A program made the translations under genes and the position numbers. Source: Clostridia bacterium (GTDB lineage Bacteria > Bacillota > Clostridia > TANB77 > CAG-465). From it: DNA of 64,000 bases. Positions 1 through 11,420 of the stretch are shown piece by piece. The stretch lies in NCBI GenBank assembly GCA_026415435.1, contig JAOAHC010000041.1:4290-68289 (forward strand). Reading direction: 5' to 3'. Every line of letters starts with the position of its first letter. Positions within the stretch are counted from its first letter, which is position 1. The notes below the pieces were generated by a model. It saw nothing but the letters and a program-made list of their open reading frames with translations. It searched no databases and was not told where the DNA came from.

Positions 1-826
1 TCCAGGTCCAAGCAGAGATTGGTTAAAATTTGTTAAGACTTCAAGTGCAAAGAATAAAATAGTTTCTTTTTTAAAAAAGCAAGGTAGAGAACTTAATATT
101 CAAAAAGGAAGAGAATTATTTGAAAAAGAATTAAAGAAACAAAGAATAAACAAAGAAGAATTGATAAAAGAAGAATATATAGATGGTATGCTTAAAAAGT
201 GTAATTTTAATACCCTTGAAGATTGTTACGAAAATATTGGTTTTGGTAGAATATCTCAAATTAAAGTTATTCATAAATTAATTGAAGAATATGAAAAAGA
301 CTTTAAACAAAAATCTATAGATAGTAATAATTTAATTAACGATATTAACGAAAAATTGAAATCAAAACATATCAAAAAAAATTCAAATGATGGAGTAATA
401 GTTGAAGGAATAGATAATTGTCTAATTAAATTTTCAAAATGTTGTAATCCCATACCTGGAGATGAGATAGTAGGATATATTTCATACGGTAAAGGAGTAT
501 CTATACACAGGATTGATTGCAAAAATTTAACTGGACTTAATATAGATACAAGAAGAATTAATGTCAGATGGCAAGGTAAAGTAAATTTAAACTTTACTGC
601 AAATATTTCAATAAGTGCTAATGATACAAATACTGTAGTATCTGATATCCTTAAAAAATTGCAAGAATTAAAAATTGATATTACCAATATAAATGCTAAA
701 AAAACTAATAATAGAGAGTGCTCTATAGATATTGGCATTAATGTTGATAATATAGATAGACTTCAAAAGATAATAAAAGAATTAAGAAAAGTAGATAGTG
801 TATTTGATGTAAGAAGAGAAAAATAG
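1..826 (+). CDS. relA: RelA/SpoT-family (p)ppGpp synthetase, C-terminal (TGS-ACT) part; the 5' end lies outside the window
   Basis: The frame is open from nt 2 (PGPSRDWLKFVKTSSAKNKIVSFLKKQG...) and is continuous with the listed 161..826 ORF. The C-terminal region looks like an ACT-like regulatory domain typical of RelA. Confidence 0.8.
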   Translation, partial: PGPSRDWLKFVKTSSAKNKIVSFLKKQGRELNIQKGRELFEKELKKQRINKEELIKEEYIDGMLKKCNFNTLEDCYENIGFGRISQIKVIHKLIEEYEKDFKQKSIDSNNLINDINEKLKSKHIKKNSNDGVIVEGIDNCLIKFSKCCNPIPGDEIVGYISYGKGVSIHRIDCKNLTGLNIDTRRINVRWQGKVNLNFTANISISANDTNTVVSDILKKLQELKIDITNINAKKTNNRECSIDIGINVDNIDRLQKIIKELRKVDSVFDVRREK

Positions 827-869
827 GTTGATATATATGTAAATTTTAATAAATTAACAGGAGGCTTTT

Positions 870-1562
870 ATGGATTATGATGTTGAAGAGATAAATGGGG
901 TGGTTATAGAAACATTACATGTGGATGTAGCTAATTTGGACCATATACAAAATATATATTTGGTATATGATAAATTAACAAAACATGGAGTAATAATTGA
1001 TCCAGGGTTTAGTGCTGATAAAATAATATCTAGAATAATTAAAAAACTTATAACTGTTGAATATATAGTAGTTACCCATTCTCACGCAGATCATATAGGT
1101 GCTCTGGAAGAAGTTCAAAAATATACTAAAGCTAATATAATTATACATAAAAATGATATTGATGGATTAACTGATGTGGAAAAAAACAAATCAGATTTAC
1201 TAAATGTTAAAAAACAAAATATAGATTATTCAAGTATTATTGAAGTAATAGATGGCTTCTATTTTGAAATAGGAAAGGTACATTTAGAAATATTACATAC
1301 TCCTGGACACACAAGTGGATCGATTTGTATTCACGAACAAACTGCTGATGTACTATTTACTGGAGATACTATTTTTGGTGATTGCTATGGTAGAACCGAT
1401 CTTAAAAGTGGAAATTTTGAAGATATGAAGAAAACAATAAAGATGCTATTTAAGAAATTTAATAATATAAAAATATACCCAGGACACAGTGACAGTGTAA
1501 ATATAGAACGTGCAAAAAGAAGAGTAAATATATTAATTGCTATTAAAGAAAAAAGAAGTTAA
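870..1562 (+). CDS. MBL-fold metallo-hydrolase (glyoxalase II-like)
   Basis: HxHxDH zinc motif VTHSHADHIGAL; later HTPGHT; RBS ggaggc upstream; commonly found next to relA in Firmicutes. Confidence 0.75.
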   Translation: MDYDVEEINGVVIETLHVDVANLDHIQNIYLVYDKLTKHGVIIDPGFSADKIISRIIKKLITVEYIVVTHSHADHIGALEEVQKYTKANIIIHKNDIDGLTDVEKNKSDLLNVKKQNIDYSSIIEVIDGFYFEIGKVHLEILHTPGHTSGSICIHEQTADVLFTGDTIFGDCYGRTDLKSGNFEDMKKTIKMLFKKFNNIKIYPGHSDSVNIERAKRRVNILIAIKEKRS

Positions 1563-1576
1563 ATGGAGATATAAAG

Positions 1577-2245
1577 ATGAGTTATTTTAAAGAATTTATT
1601 GAAAAAGAATCAAAAGAAGAATATTATATTAAATTGAAAGAATTTATTGATAAAGAATATGAAGAAAAAACCATATTTCCACCAAAAAGTAAAGTGTTAA
1701 ATGCGCTTTCATACACACCTTATGAGGATATTAAAGTCCTTATAGTTGGACAAGATCCGTATCACGGTGAAGGTGAGGCACATGGTCTAGCTTTCTCTGT
1801 TAATATTGGAATAAAGATACCACCATCTTTAAAAAATATGTATAAAGAATTAAATAGAGATTTAGGATTAAAAACTCCTAACAATGGCTATTTAGTTAAA
1901 TGGGCGAAACAAGGTGTTATGATGTTAAACAGTGTACTTACTGTAGAAAAGGACAAGCCAGGTAGTCATAGAGGTAAGGGATGGGAAATTTTTACTGATA
2001 AAATAATTGAGAAAGTTAATAAGAAAGAAACTCCAGTAGTTTTTGTGCTTTGGGGAAATTATGCAAAAGAAAAAGAGAGACTAATAACTAATTCAAAACA
2101 TCTTATATTAAAAAGCTCGCATCCAAGTCCATTCTCCGTGAGAAATGGCTTTGAAGGATGTTCTCATTTTTCAAAAATAAATGAATTTTTAATTAAAAGC
2201 AATATGTCTCCTATAGATTGGCAGATTGAAGATTATATAGTTTAA
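1577..2245 (+). CDS. ung: uracil-DNA glycosylase
   Basis: UDG family-1 motifs GQDPYH and HPSP (SSHPSPFSV) are present; the length of 222 aa is typical. Confidence 0.9.
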   Translation: MSYFKEFIEKESKEEYYIKLKEFIDKEYEEKTIFPPKSKVLNALSYTPYEDIKVLIVGQDPYHGEGEAHGLAFSVNIGIKIPPSLKNMYKELNRDLGLKTPNNGYLVKWAKQGVMMLNSVLTVEKDKPGSHRGKGWEIFTDKIIEKVNKKETPVVFVLWGNYAKEKERLITNSKHLILKSSHPSPFSVRNGFEGCSHFSKINEFLIKSNMSPIDWQIEDYIV

Positions 2246-2257
2246 GCGAGGGTATTC

Positions 2258-3334
2258 ATGATACGTGTTAACTTTCTTCCAATATTAATAGTTTTATTTT
2301 TAGTATGGGAGTTATATAGAATTATTAAAATTAGAAAAAATGGGATAAATATTATAAGAGAGGTAGTTGTACAAGCTTTATTTGTCTATATTATGCTACT
2401 AATAAATGTTGTATTTTTCCCTATGAATTCTTACTTATATTATTGGAAATTTTCATACAATTTAACTCCTATAAAAGAAACTATTTTAATGATACAAGGA
2501 GCTAATATACACACATCACTTAGAAATATTATAGGTAATTTTATTTTGTTACTACCTTTAGGCACTTTCTTGCCAGTATTAGATTTAAATTATAGGAAAT
2601 GGTACAAGACTTTCTTTTTTGGAATTGCCGTATCATTGCTAATTGAAATATTGCAGTTAGTTTTAATGATAAGAATATTTGATATTGATGATATTCTCTT
2701 CAATTCTGTTAGTGTTGTTATTGGTTACTTAGTATACTACTTTATGAATAAGATTAGAGTATTTGATAATATACTTAAAAAGATAGAAAATACCAAAAAT
2801 ATAGCTTTTTTTAAAACTTATGCTATATCTGTGGGAAGCATTGTTAGTAGTATATTAATATTGTGGGTAATAAATTATTTTAATGCAACAATACCAACAA
2901 AAAATATTTTAGATGAGAATATTCAAGGAAGAATTGTTAGTAAATGTAATCAATTTGGCTATTATTTCATATTATCAGAAAAATCAAACAATGAGATTAT
3001 TGCTTATGGCTACAGAAATACTCCATTTAATAGGGTATCACTTGGCGTTACATCTACTCCCATAACTATGAATGAATATTCTAATTCATATAATTATATG
3101 GGAAATTCTACAGTAGATGAAAAAATGTTGTATGTAGTATATGGATATAATTCAATGGGAAAAATTAAATTGGTGGTTGAAAGTAATGGCCAAGAGATAA
3201 CAACTGAAATTCCAAAAGGATACTATATATTTCCATATAAATTTGAATTTGGTGGTAAATATTCCTTTAGTATAAGATTTTTTGATAGTGCAAATAAAGA
3301 TATAACATACATGTTTGATGGTAATGATAAATAA
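2258..3334 (+). CDS. VanZ-family membrane protein with an extra ~190-aa C-terminal extracytoplasmic domain
   Basis: N-terminal ~165 aa carry 4-5 hydrophobic helices with a VanZ-like pattern; C-terminal beta-rich domain follows one more TM; RBS gagggt. Confidence 0.55.
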   Translation: MIRVNFLPILIVLFLVWELYRIIKIRKNGINIIREVVVQALFVYIMLLINVVFFPMNSYLYYWKFSYNLTPIKETILMIQGANIHTSLRNIIGNFILLLPLGTFLPVLDLNYRKWYKTFFFGIAVSLLIEILQLVLMIRIFDIDDILFNSVSVVIGYLVYYFMNKIRVFDNILKKIENTKNIAFFKTYAISVGSIVSSILILWVINYFNATIPTKNILDENIQGRIVSKCNQFGYYFILSEKSNNEIIAYGYRNTPFNRVSLGVTSTPITMNEYSNSYNYMGNSTVDEKMLYVVYGYNSMGKIKLVVESNGQEITTEIPKGYYIFPYKFEFGGKYSFSIRFFDSANKDITYMFDGNDK

Positions 3335-3359
3335 GTATAAATAATAAATCTATTTAAAA

Positions 3360-3409
3360 CACCTAAAAATGTTAGATAAAAGTCTGATGTTTTTGGGTGT
3401 ATTTTTATA
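3360..3409 (+). terminator. putative rho-independent terminator after the vanZ-like gene (long-loop hairpin cacctaaaaa...tttttgggtg followed by a T-run)
   Basis: inverted repeat with one G-U wobble, followed by tatttttat. Confidence 0.35.
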
Positions 3410-3513
3410 ACAGAATACTAAAAAAATTATACATTAAAAGATAAATAATGCTGCATGTGAAAGTCAGATTTTGATATAAATTAGTCGTAATATAAATGTT
3501 ATTAAAAGTTTAT

Positions 3514-3541
3514 TGACAATATATTCAATATACTGTAAAAT
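3514..3541 (+). promoter_or_regulatory. sigma-A-type promoter for the giant surface-protein gene (TTGACA-N16-TAAAAT)
   Basis: consensus -35 TTGACA at 3514-3519, -10 taaaat at 3536-3541, then RBS aagaggt before the ATG at 3602. Confidence 0.5.
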
Positions 3542-3601
3542 AAACATATATAATATAAAATTAATATTTTATAAAAATACATATGTAAAAGAGGTAAAAT
3601 T

Positions 3602-6600
3602 ATGAGAAATATAAAAGGAATATCGCTAATAACGTTAGTAATAACGATAATAGTTATAATTATAATATCAACTGCAGTAATACTTACTGTAACTAATAAT
3701 ATAGGAGAACCAGCAGCTAGAGCAAGATTTATGAACGACATAAGAAATGTTGAAGATGCTATCTCTTTATATAAAACAAGTAAATATGCAAATAGCCAAA
3801 GCGAAAATATAAATCCTATAGATATAGATAAGGGAATATCAGGAATAGTAGATGTAACAACTCTATCAGATGGTTTAGTAAGCCATATGGAAGAAGTATT
3901 TGATACAACTATAGATACTAAACAAGGAAAACTATACTATGTAAAAATGTCTGATTTAAATTTGAACATAAGTAGTGCACCTGCAAAAGAAGGCGGATAT
4001 ATAACAAAGAATTCAAGTATAATACAAGATATGGATACCGGTAAAGTATTTTATGAAGAAGGACAAGATATAGGTAGTAAAAGATGGTATAGTATATATG
4101 GTGGAGCAGAAGTAGCAAGAGAAGAAATACTTCCAACGTTGCAGATGGAAGCAACTCCAGCACAAGAACCAGATACAGGAGCTACTACAGAAGTAAATGT
4201 AAAAATGCTAGCAAATAATGCAAACAGGATAGAGTATAGCTTAGATGGAGAGTCATATAGCTTGTATGAAGGAAGCTTCAGAGTATATGATAATGGAACA
4301 GTATATGGAAGGGCATTAAATGAAGTAGGAGAAGCAACAGACCAGTTAGACATAGTGAATATAAAGAAAGAACCTGACGTAGAAATAGTAGCAAATCCAG
4401 AACAGAAAATAGAAAATAAACCATCAGGAAATGTAACAGTAACAATAAATACAAGAAGTGCAGATGTGGTACAATATAGTTTTGATGGTGAAACGTATAC
4501 ACCATATAATGCGCCATTTATAGTAAATACAAATGGAACAATATATGCAAAGGCAATAAACACATACGGGGAATCAGAAGCTACAATAGAGATAATAACA
4601 ATAGGAGATGAACCACCTGTAGTAATAGCTTCAAAATGGGATAATGAAAATGAAGGAAATGAACCATTACTTACAAAGGGTGAAAACAGTACCCAAAAGA
4701 TCTTAAAACCAATGGAATGGGTAGGAAATGAGTGGAAAGAGGTAACAGACTTAGATAAAGTATGGTATTCATATAGTACAGACTCACAGTATTGGGCAAA
4801 TGCGCAAAGTGCAGATGGCTCAATGTGGGTATGGATACCAAGATTTGCATATAAGATAACTAGTGGTGTACATAGTAATACAGCAGGAACAGTAGATATA
4901 AAATTCATACAAGGTGATGCAGATGCACCATCAGGATATACTTTAGCATCGGCATTTGAAGTAGAGCCAAAAGTAGGAGAAAAACTACATTTACAAGGAA
5001 TATGGGTAGCAAAATTTGAAGCAAGTAAATTATCATATAAAGATGCAAATAATAAAACTAAGTATAGAATACAAGTAAAACCAGGAGTAGTAAGCTGGAG
5101 ATCAATAAGGATGAGAGATGCATTTAATTATTGCGTAAATATGAAAACAGATAGTGCATATGGTTTTGGAACAGATGGTATAAGTGTGGATACTCACTTG
5201 ATTAAAAACGGAGAATGGGATGCTATAACATACTTGACGCAAAGTAAATATGGAACAAAAGGTCAAGAAGTATGGTTAAATAATGACTACTATTTTAAAA
5301 CAGGACGTGCAGGAAAAACTGTTTCATCTAAGTATGGAGGAATAGTTAACACAAATACATATACATACGATAATGCAAAATATGGAGTAAATGCAAGTAC
5401 AACAAAGAATGTATATGGAATATATGATATGTCAGGTGGAGCAAAAGAAATGACAGCTTCATATGTAAATAATAATCATAGATTTATAAAATATTCAGGT
5501 GGAGTATATAGCGGTTTAGAAAAGTATTTTGACAAGTATCCTTCGTCTCAATTAGATAAAGATTACGCCGCAAAATCTCCAAATTCCACAGTAAGGCTTA
5601 GTATATCAAATCAGAATTATCAGTTGTTATCAGGATTAAATGATAGTAGCGTATATAATACTAGTAGTAGTACAGATTATAGATTTTTGTCTACACAGGT
5701 AAACTCATATAGTAGTTGGTTTTCAGACTATAGTATCTATCCACAAAATTCATCTCCTTTTATTGCAAGAGGAGGTAGCAGACCAGGAAGCACAGAAAAT
5801 CCAAAAGTAGGTATATATGCATATGAAGGCTATACAGGATATGCATCATCAGGAGTAGGCTTTAGACCAGTATTATCAATAAAAGAAGAAATAGAGATTA
5901 TGCCAGATAAGGTGGCAGAACCAAGTATATATGTAACATCAAAAATTGCCGAAGAAGGAACAGATATTGAGTTTCCGGAATATGAAGATACAAGTACAGT
6001 TTTAAAAACAGGAGAAAAAGTAGTAATAGCATATCCGAAAGAAGCAGAATATATGTACTATAAAAAGTGGACTTCAACAGCTGAACCTTCTACATGGACC
6101 TTAATAAATAATAGTGATGCTAACTTAGTATTTGACGAAGCTTCAGGAATGTATTTATATAGTATTACATATATACCTAGGTCAACAAAATTTAAGGCAT
6201 ATTGTAGTAAGGGGCCAGCAGCAACAGATTCAGAAGAGGATTATTTAGAAGTAATGTATGATACAACAAAACCAGGTGTAGTAATAACAGGACCAAATAA
6301 ATCAGGTATAAAACCAGGAGAGAGTGTAACATATACTATAGTATTTAGCGATAATACTAATGAATTAAACGAAGCAATATTAAATGAGAGCGACTTATAC
6401 GATAAGATAATTGTTAAAGCAGGAACAAGTATAATATCAGAAGATGAAATAACAAAAGTAGTAGAAGCAGATGCAAATGATATAAGTAAGTGGAATGTTA
6501 CTTTAAATGTAGATTCAGGTGTTACAAGAAATATATCAGGTGTGAAAATAGAAGTTCAAGCAGGAGCAGCAGAAGATTTATCAGGCAATAAAAGTAATCT

Positions 6601-8629
6601 AAAAAGCAGCTCGTCATTTTCAGTAGATAAAGCGGCACCAACAGTATCATTCTCACCAAACGGAGGGTTAGATAAGCCACTTAGTTCAAGGGTTACAGTA
6701 AGTGATACAGGAGGAAGTGGAGTAGATCCAAATTCTCTACAATATATATGGAGTGCAAGCGAAAGCGAACCTACAAGTGGATGGAATACATTTACGAGTG
6801 GAGCACTTATAACAGGTAGTGCATCAGTATCACAATATTTATGGATAAAATGTAGTGATAAAGCAGGAAATACAACAGTAACACAGTCTAACTTATTTGA
6901 AATGGATACGACACCTCCAAATAGTCCGACAATGGTAGCAAATCCAGTAGGATGGACTAATGGAAACGTATCAGTAACAATAACATATCCATCAGACACA
7001 AAAGTAAAAGAATATAGTTTAAATGGAACAACGTGGAGTAACTATGCATCTGCAATAGTAGTAAATACAAATGGGACAACAGTATATGCAAGAGGAAAAG
7101 ATGCGTCAGGTAATATAAGTGAAGCATCTACAATAACAATAACAAATATTGACAGAACAGCGCCAACAATTACATTTGGTACAAATGGTGGTGTTGATAT
7201 GGAAACAGCAAGTACTACAGTAAATGTGACGGATGTTGGAGGAGGAGTAAATGCAAGTACATTGCAATACATATGGGATACTCAAAACTTATCTGCTCCT
7301 ACAAGCGGCTGGACATCATTTACAAATGGGGCAACATTAACAAAATCAAATTACACAACAATATATTTATGGGTAAAAGCAACAGACAATGCAGGAAATT
7401 CTGTCACTATAGTATCAAATATGTTTAAAGCTTTAGAAGTACCTTCTGCAAATAAACCAGTGTTAGCACCAGGAATGACAGCAGTAAATTGGAATGGCTC
7501 TTCATGGGTAGCTGTAGCAAATCCTGATACAAATACTACATGGTATAACTATGACGGTAAACAATGGGCAAATGCAATGACAGCGGATGGATCAATGTGG
7601 GTATGGATACCAAGATATATATATAAGATAACAAGTGGTTGGCATACTCAATATGCAAGTGAAATACAGATACAATTTACTAGGGATACAAATGATGATT
7701 GGAATAGTAGTAAAATAGGTTTAATTGACCGTTCTCCGGGTGCAAGTGCATCAAATAACAAATGGACAAATCATCCAGCATTTACATTTGGAAGCACTGA
7801 AGTAAAAGGAATATGGGTAGCAAAATTTGAAGCAGGTGGAAGTACTAGTGCTGTGGATGTAAAACCAAATGTATCAGTATTAAGAATTTTGACTATTGAT
7901 TCTATGTTCACAGCATGTAGAATTATGGAGACAAACTCAAGATATGGTTGGGGTACAAGTGGAGCTGGAATAGATACGCATATGATGAAAAATATAGAAT
8001 TCGGTGCAGCTATGTATTTATCTAGTAGTAAATATGGAAAAAATGGTGAAGTATGGGTAAATCCACTTAACAGTTTTCTTACTGGTTATTCAGGTAAAGC
8101 TGCAAACTCTGGATCTCTAGGAATAGCTTCAACTTATCCATATTATGACACAACATATGGAGTAAATGCCGGTACAACAGGAAATGTATATGGTATATTT
8201 GATTTTAGTGGTTGTACTTGGGAAAGACTTGCAGCTTACATAGATAATAACAATGCAAATCTAACAACTTATGGGGCAAGTTTATATTATGCAGATCCAA
8301 AATACAAAGACGTATATACTAAAGCAACCTCTGAGTCTATAGTAAATAACTATAACCTTGCAGCAAGTAATAAAAAAGGAGACGCTGTATATGAGACTTC
8401 AAATGTAGGCAATGGAGGATCTTCAGGACATAATCAATGGTATGGTGGATTATCAAATATGCCATATTCAAGTAGCCCTTTCTTTATGAGAGGTGACTAT
8501 AATGGGGCGGGTTATAGTGGTAGTTCTTATGGCGCATATTCACTTTATCAAACTACTGGTACAAGTTCAGGTGATATTGGTAAGTATCAAGGTTTCCGTC
8601 CTGTTCTAATAGTAGCTGACGGAATATAG
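3602..8629 (+). CDS. giant (1675 aa) membrane-anchored surface protein: prepilin-like N-terminus, Ig/Fn3-like repeats, two FGE-sulfatase/DUF1566-like (C-type-lectin-fold) domains
   Basis: Single uninterrupted ORF with a strong promoter and RBS. N-terminus MRNIKG|ISLITLVITIIVIIII followed by a pilin-like helix PAARARFMNDIRNVEDAISLY. Two copies of a ~370-aa module containing WVWIPR, GIWVAKFEA, YGI(Y/F)D(M/F)SG and GFRPVL, which resemble the FGE motifs GLYDMSGNVWEW, RGGS and GFR. Repeated ~90-aa beta-sandwich units (TAPT(V/I)(S/T)F..NGG...LQYIW...PTSGW) lie between them. Confidence 0.8.
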   Translation: MRNIKGISLITLVITIIVIIIISTAVILTVTNNIGEPAARARFMNDIRNVEDAISLYKTSKYANSQSENINPIDIDKGISGIVDVTTLSDGLVSHMEEVFDTTIDTKQGKLYYVKMSDLNLNISSAPAKEGGYITKNSSIIQDMDTGKVFYEEGQDIGSKRWYSIYGGAEVAREEILPTLQMEATPAQEPDTGATTEVNVKMLANNANRIEYSLDGESYSLYEGSFRVYDNGTVYGRALNEVGEATDQLDIVNIKKEPDVEIVANPEQKIENKPSGNVTVTINTRSADVVQYSFDGETYTPYNAPFIVNTNGTIYAKAINTYGESEATIEIITIGDEPPVVIASKWDNENEGNEPLLTKGENSTQKILKPMEWVGNEWKEVTDLDKVWYSYSTDSQYWANAQSADGSMWVWIPRFAYKITSGVHSNTAGTVDIKFIQGDADAPSGYTLASAFEVEPKVGEKLHLQGIWVAKFEASKLSYKDANNKTKYRIQVKPGVVSWRSIRMRDAFNYCVNMKTDSAYGFGTDGISVDTHLIKNGEWDAITYLTQSKYGTKGQEVWLNNDYYFKTGRAGKTVSSKYGGIVNTNTYTYDNAKYGVNASTTKNVYGIYDMSGGAKEMTASYVNNNHRFIKYSGGVYSGLEKYFDKYPSSQLDKDYAAKSPNSTVRLSISNQNYQLLSGLNDSSVYNTSSSTDYRFLSTQVNSYSSWFSDYSIYPQNSSPFIARGGSRPGSTENPKVGIYAYEGYTGYASSGVGFRPVLSIKEEIEIMPDKVAEPSIYVTSKIAEEGTDIEFPEYEDTSTVLKTGEKVVIAYPKEAEYMYYKKWTSTAEPSTWTLINNSDANLVFDEASGMYLYSITYIPRSTKFKAYCSKGPAATDSEEDYLEVMYDTTKPGVVITGPNKSGIKPGESVTYTIVFSDNTNELNEAILNESDLYDKIIVKAGTSIISEDEITKVVEADANDISKWNVTLNVDSGVTRNISGVKIEVQAGAAEDLSGNKSNLKSSSSFSVDKAAPTVSFSPNGGLDKPLSSRVTVSDTGGSGVDPNSLQYIWSASESEPTSGWNTFTSGALITGSASVSQYLWIKCSDKAGNTTVTQSNLFEMDTTPPNSPTMVANPVGWTNGNVSVTITYPSDTKVKEYSLNGTTWSNYASAIVVNTNGTTVYARGKDASGNISEASTITITNIDRTAPTITFGTNGGVDMETASTTVNVTDVGGGVNASTLQYIWDTQNLSAPTSGWTSFTNGATLTKSNYTTIYLWVKATDNAGNSVTIVSNMFKALEVPSANKPVLAPGMTAVNWNGSSWVAVANPDTNTTWYNYDGKQWANAMTADGSMWVWIPRYIYKITSGWHTQYASEIQIQFTRDTNDDWNSSKIGLIDRSPGASASNNKWTNHPAFTFGSTEVKGIWVAKFEAGGSTSAVDVKPNVSVLRILTIDSMFTACRIMETNSRYGWGTSGAGIDTHMMKNIEFGAAMYLSSSKYGKNGEVWVNPLNSFLTGYSGKAANSGSLGIASTYPYYDTTYGVNAGTTGNVYGIFDFSGCTWERLAAYIDNNNANLTTYGASLYYADPKYKDVYTKATSESIVNNYNLAASNKKGDAVYETSNVGNGGSSGHNQWYGGLSNMPYSSSPFFMRGDYNGAGYSGSSYGAYSLYQTTGTSSGDIGKYQGFRPVLIVADGI
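4814..5023 (+). repeat. intragenic DNA repeat, copy 1 (FGE-like domain A), with near-identical stretches shared with 7586..7834
   Basis: A 31-mer gatggctcaatgtgggtatggataccaagat at 4814-4844 differs by 1 nt from 7586-7616. The 27-mer ggaatatgggtagcaaaatttgaagca at 4997-5023 is identical to 7808-7834. Confidence 0.7.
7586..7834 (+). repeat. intragenic DNA repeat, copy 2 (FGE-like domain B)
   Basis: see copy 1; the high nucleotide identity in patches contrasts with the otherwise diverged domain copies. Confidence 0.7.
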
Positions 8630-8667
8630 AAAGTAAATAATATTACAGGAAAATGAGATAGTAGATA

Positions 8668-8715
8668 AGAACACTGAGATTACATTTCGTAAAAATCAGT
8701 GTTCTTCTATTTGTA
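8668..8715 (+). terminator. putative terminator after the giant gene (aagaacactga...tcagtgttctt hairpin followed by a T-rich tract)
   Basis: an 11-bp inverted repeat with a 17-nt loop, followed by ctatttgtag; the T-run is weak. Confidence 0.35.
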
Positions 8716-8800
8716 GTTAAACGATTATAAATTTAAATTTACTTTTTATATTGTTTATGATATAATTATGAATATAAAATGTTTTTAGGAGGAATGCCAA

Positions 8801-9127
8801 TTGGGAGTTCTCATTTTCGCTTTTATTTTTACTTTTGGTATAATATCGTTTGTTTTTAGTCTTATTATGTTGCTTATAAAAAAACTGAAAAATAAGACTC
8901 CTTGCATATTAAAAGAAATAGAGACATTTACTATGAAAATATGCAATAACTTGGATAGTGTGTATAAAACTATAATTTTATTGATAATTCTATTACAGTT
9001 TCTATTATTCTGGGGATACAATATTCTTGGATATATACCAGTTAATGTAAACATTGTTTTTGGTGTACTTATGGCTTTTATACATTTTTTATTTTTTCAT
9101 AATAAGAATATATATACATATAAGTAA
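8801..9127 (+). CDS. small hypothetical membrane protein (108 aa, TTG start)
   Basis: RBS aggagg 8 nt upstream of TTG; two to three hydrophobic helices. A minus-strand ORF at 8785..9054 overlaps it; the plus-strand ORF was preferred because of its RBS and its orientation with the neighbouring genes. Confidence 0.4.
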   Translation: MGVLIFAFIFTFGIISFVFSLIMLLIKKLKNKTPCILKEIETFTMKICNNLDSVYKTIILLIILLQFLLFWGYNILGYIPVNVNIVFGVLMAFIHFLFFHNKNIYTYK

Positions 9128-9144
9128 AAATTTTCATTTGGTTA

Positions 9145-9180
9145 AGGAAATAGTTTATAAAAACTATTTCCTTATTTGTC
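9145..9180 (+). terminator. rho-independent terminator (aaggaaatagttt / aaactatttcctt hairpin)
   Basis: perfect 13-bp stem with a 4-nt loop, followed by atttgtc. Confidence 0.55.
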
Positions 9181-9222
9181 TATACATGGTATAATATTTA
9201 ATTAAAAGGAGATACATATAGT

Positions 9223-11408
<2,186 letters not shown>

Positions 11409-11420
11409 TTAGGTGATTTT

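Noticed and set aside
271-738. Minus-strand 155-aa ORF inside relA
   Set aside because: Antisense to the conserved RelA C-terminal domain; no RBS.
3602-3700. Canonical type IV pilin (class III signal peptide)
   Set aside because: The G|ISLIT segment lacks the conserved Glu at +5, so calling it a bona fide prepilin is not justified; it is described only as prepilin-like.
3918-7272. Minus-strand ORFs inside the giant gene (3918..4163, 4051..4908, 4278..4517, 6556..6999, 7042..7272) and 3502..3741
   Set aside because: They are antisense to a long, well-supported ORF, have low-complexity hydrophobic translations and no RBS; they are typical spurious ORFs in AT-rich DNA.
8785-9054. Minus-strand 89-aa ORF overlapping the plus-strand small membrane ORF
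   Set aside because: The plus-strand ORF has an AGGAGG RBS and matches the orientation of the neighbouring genes; only one can be real and neither is certain.
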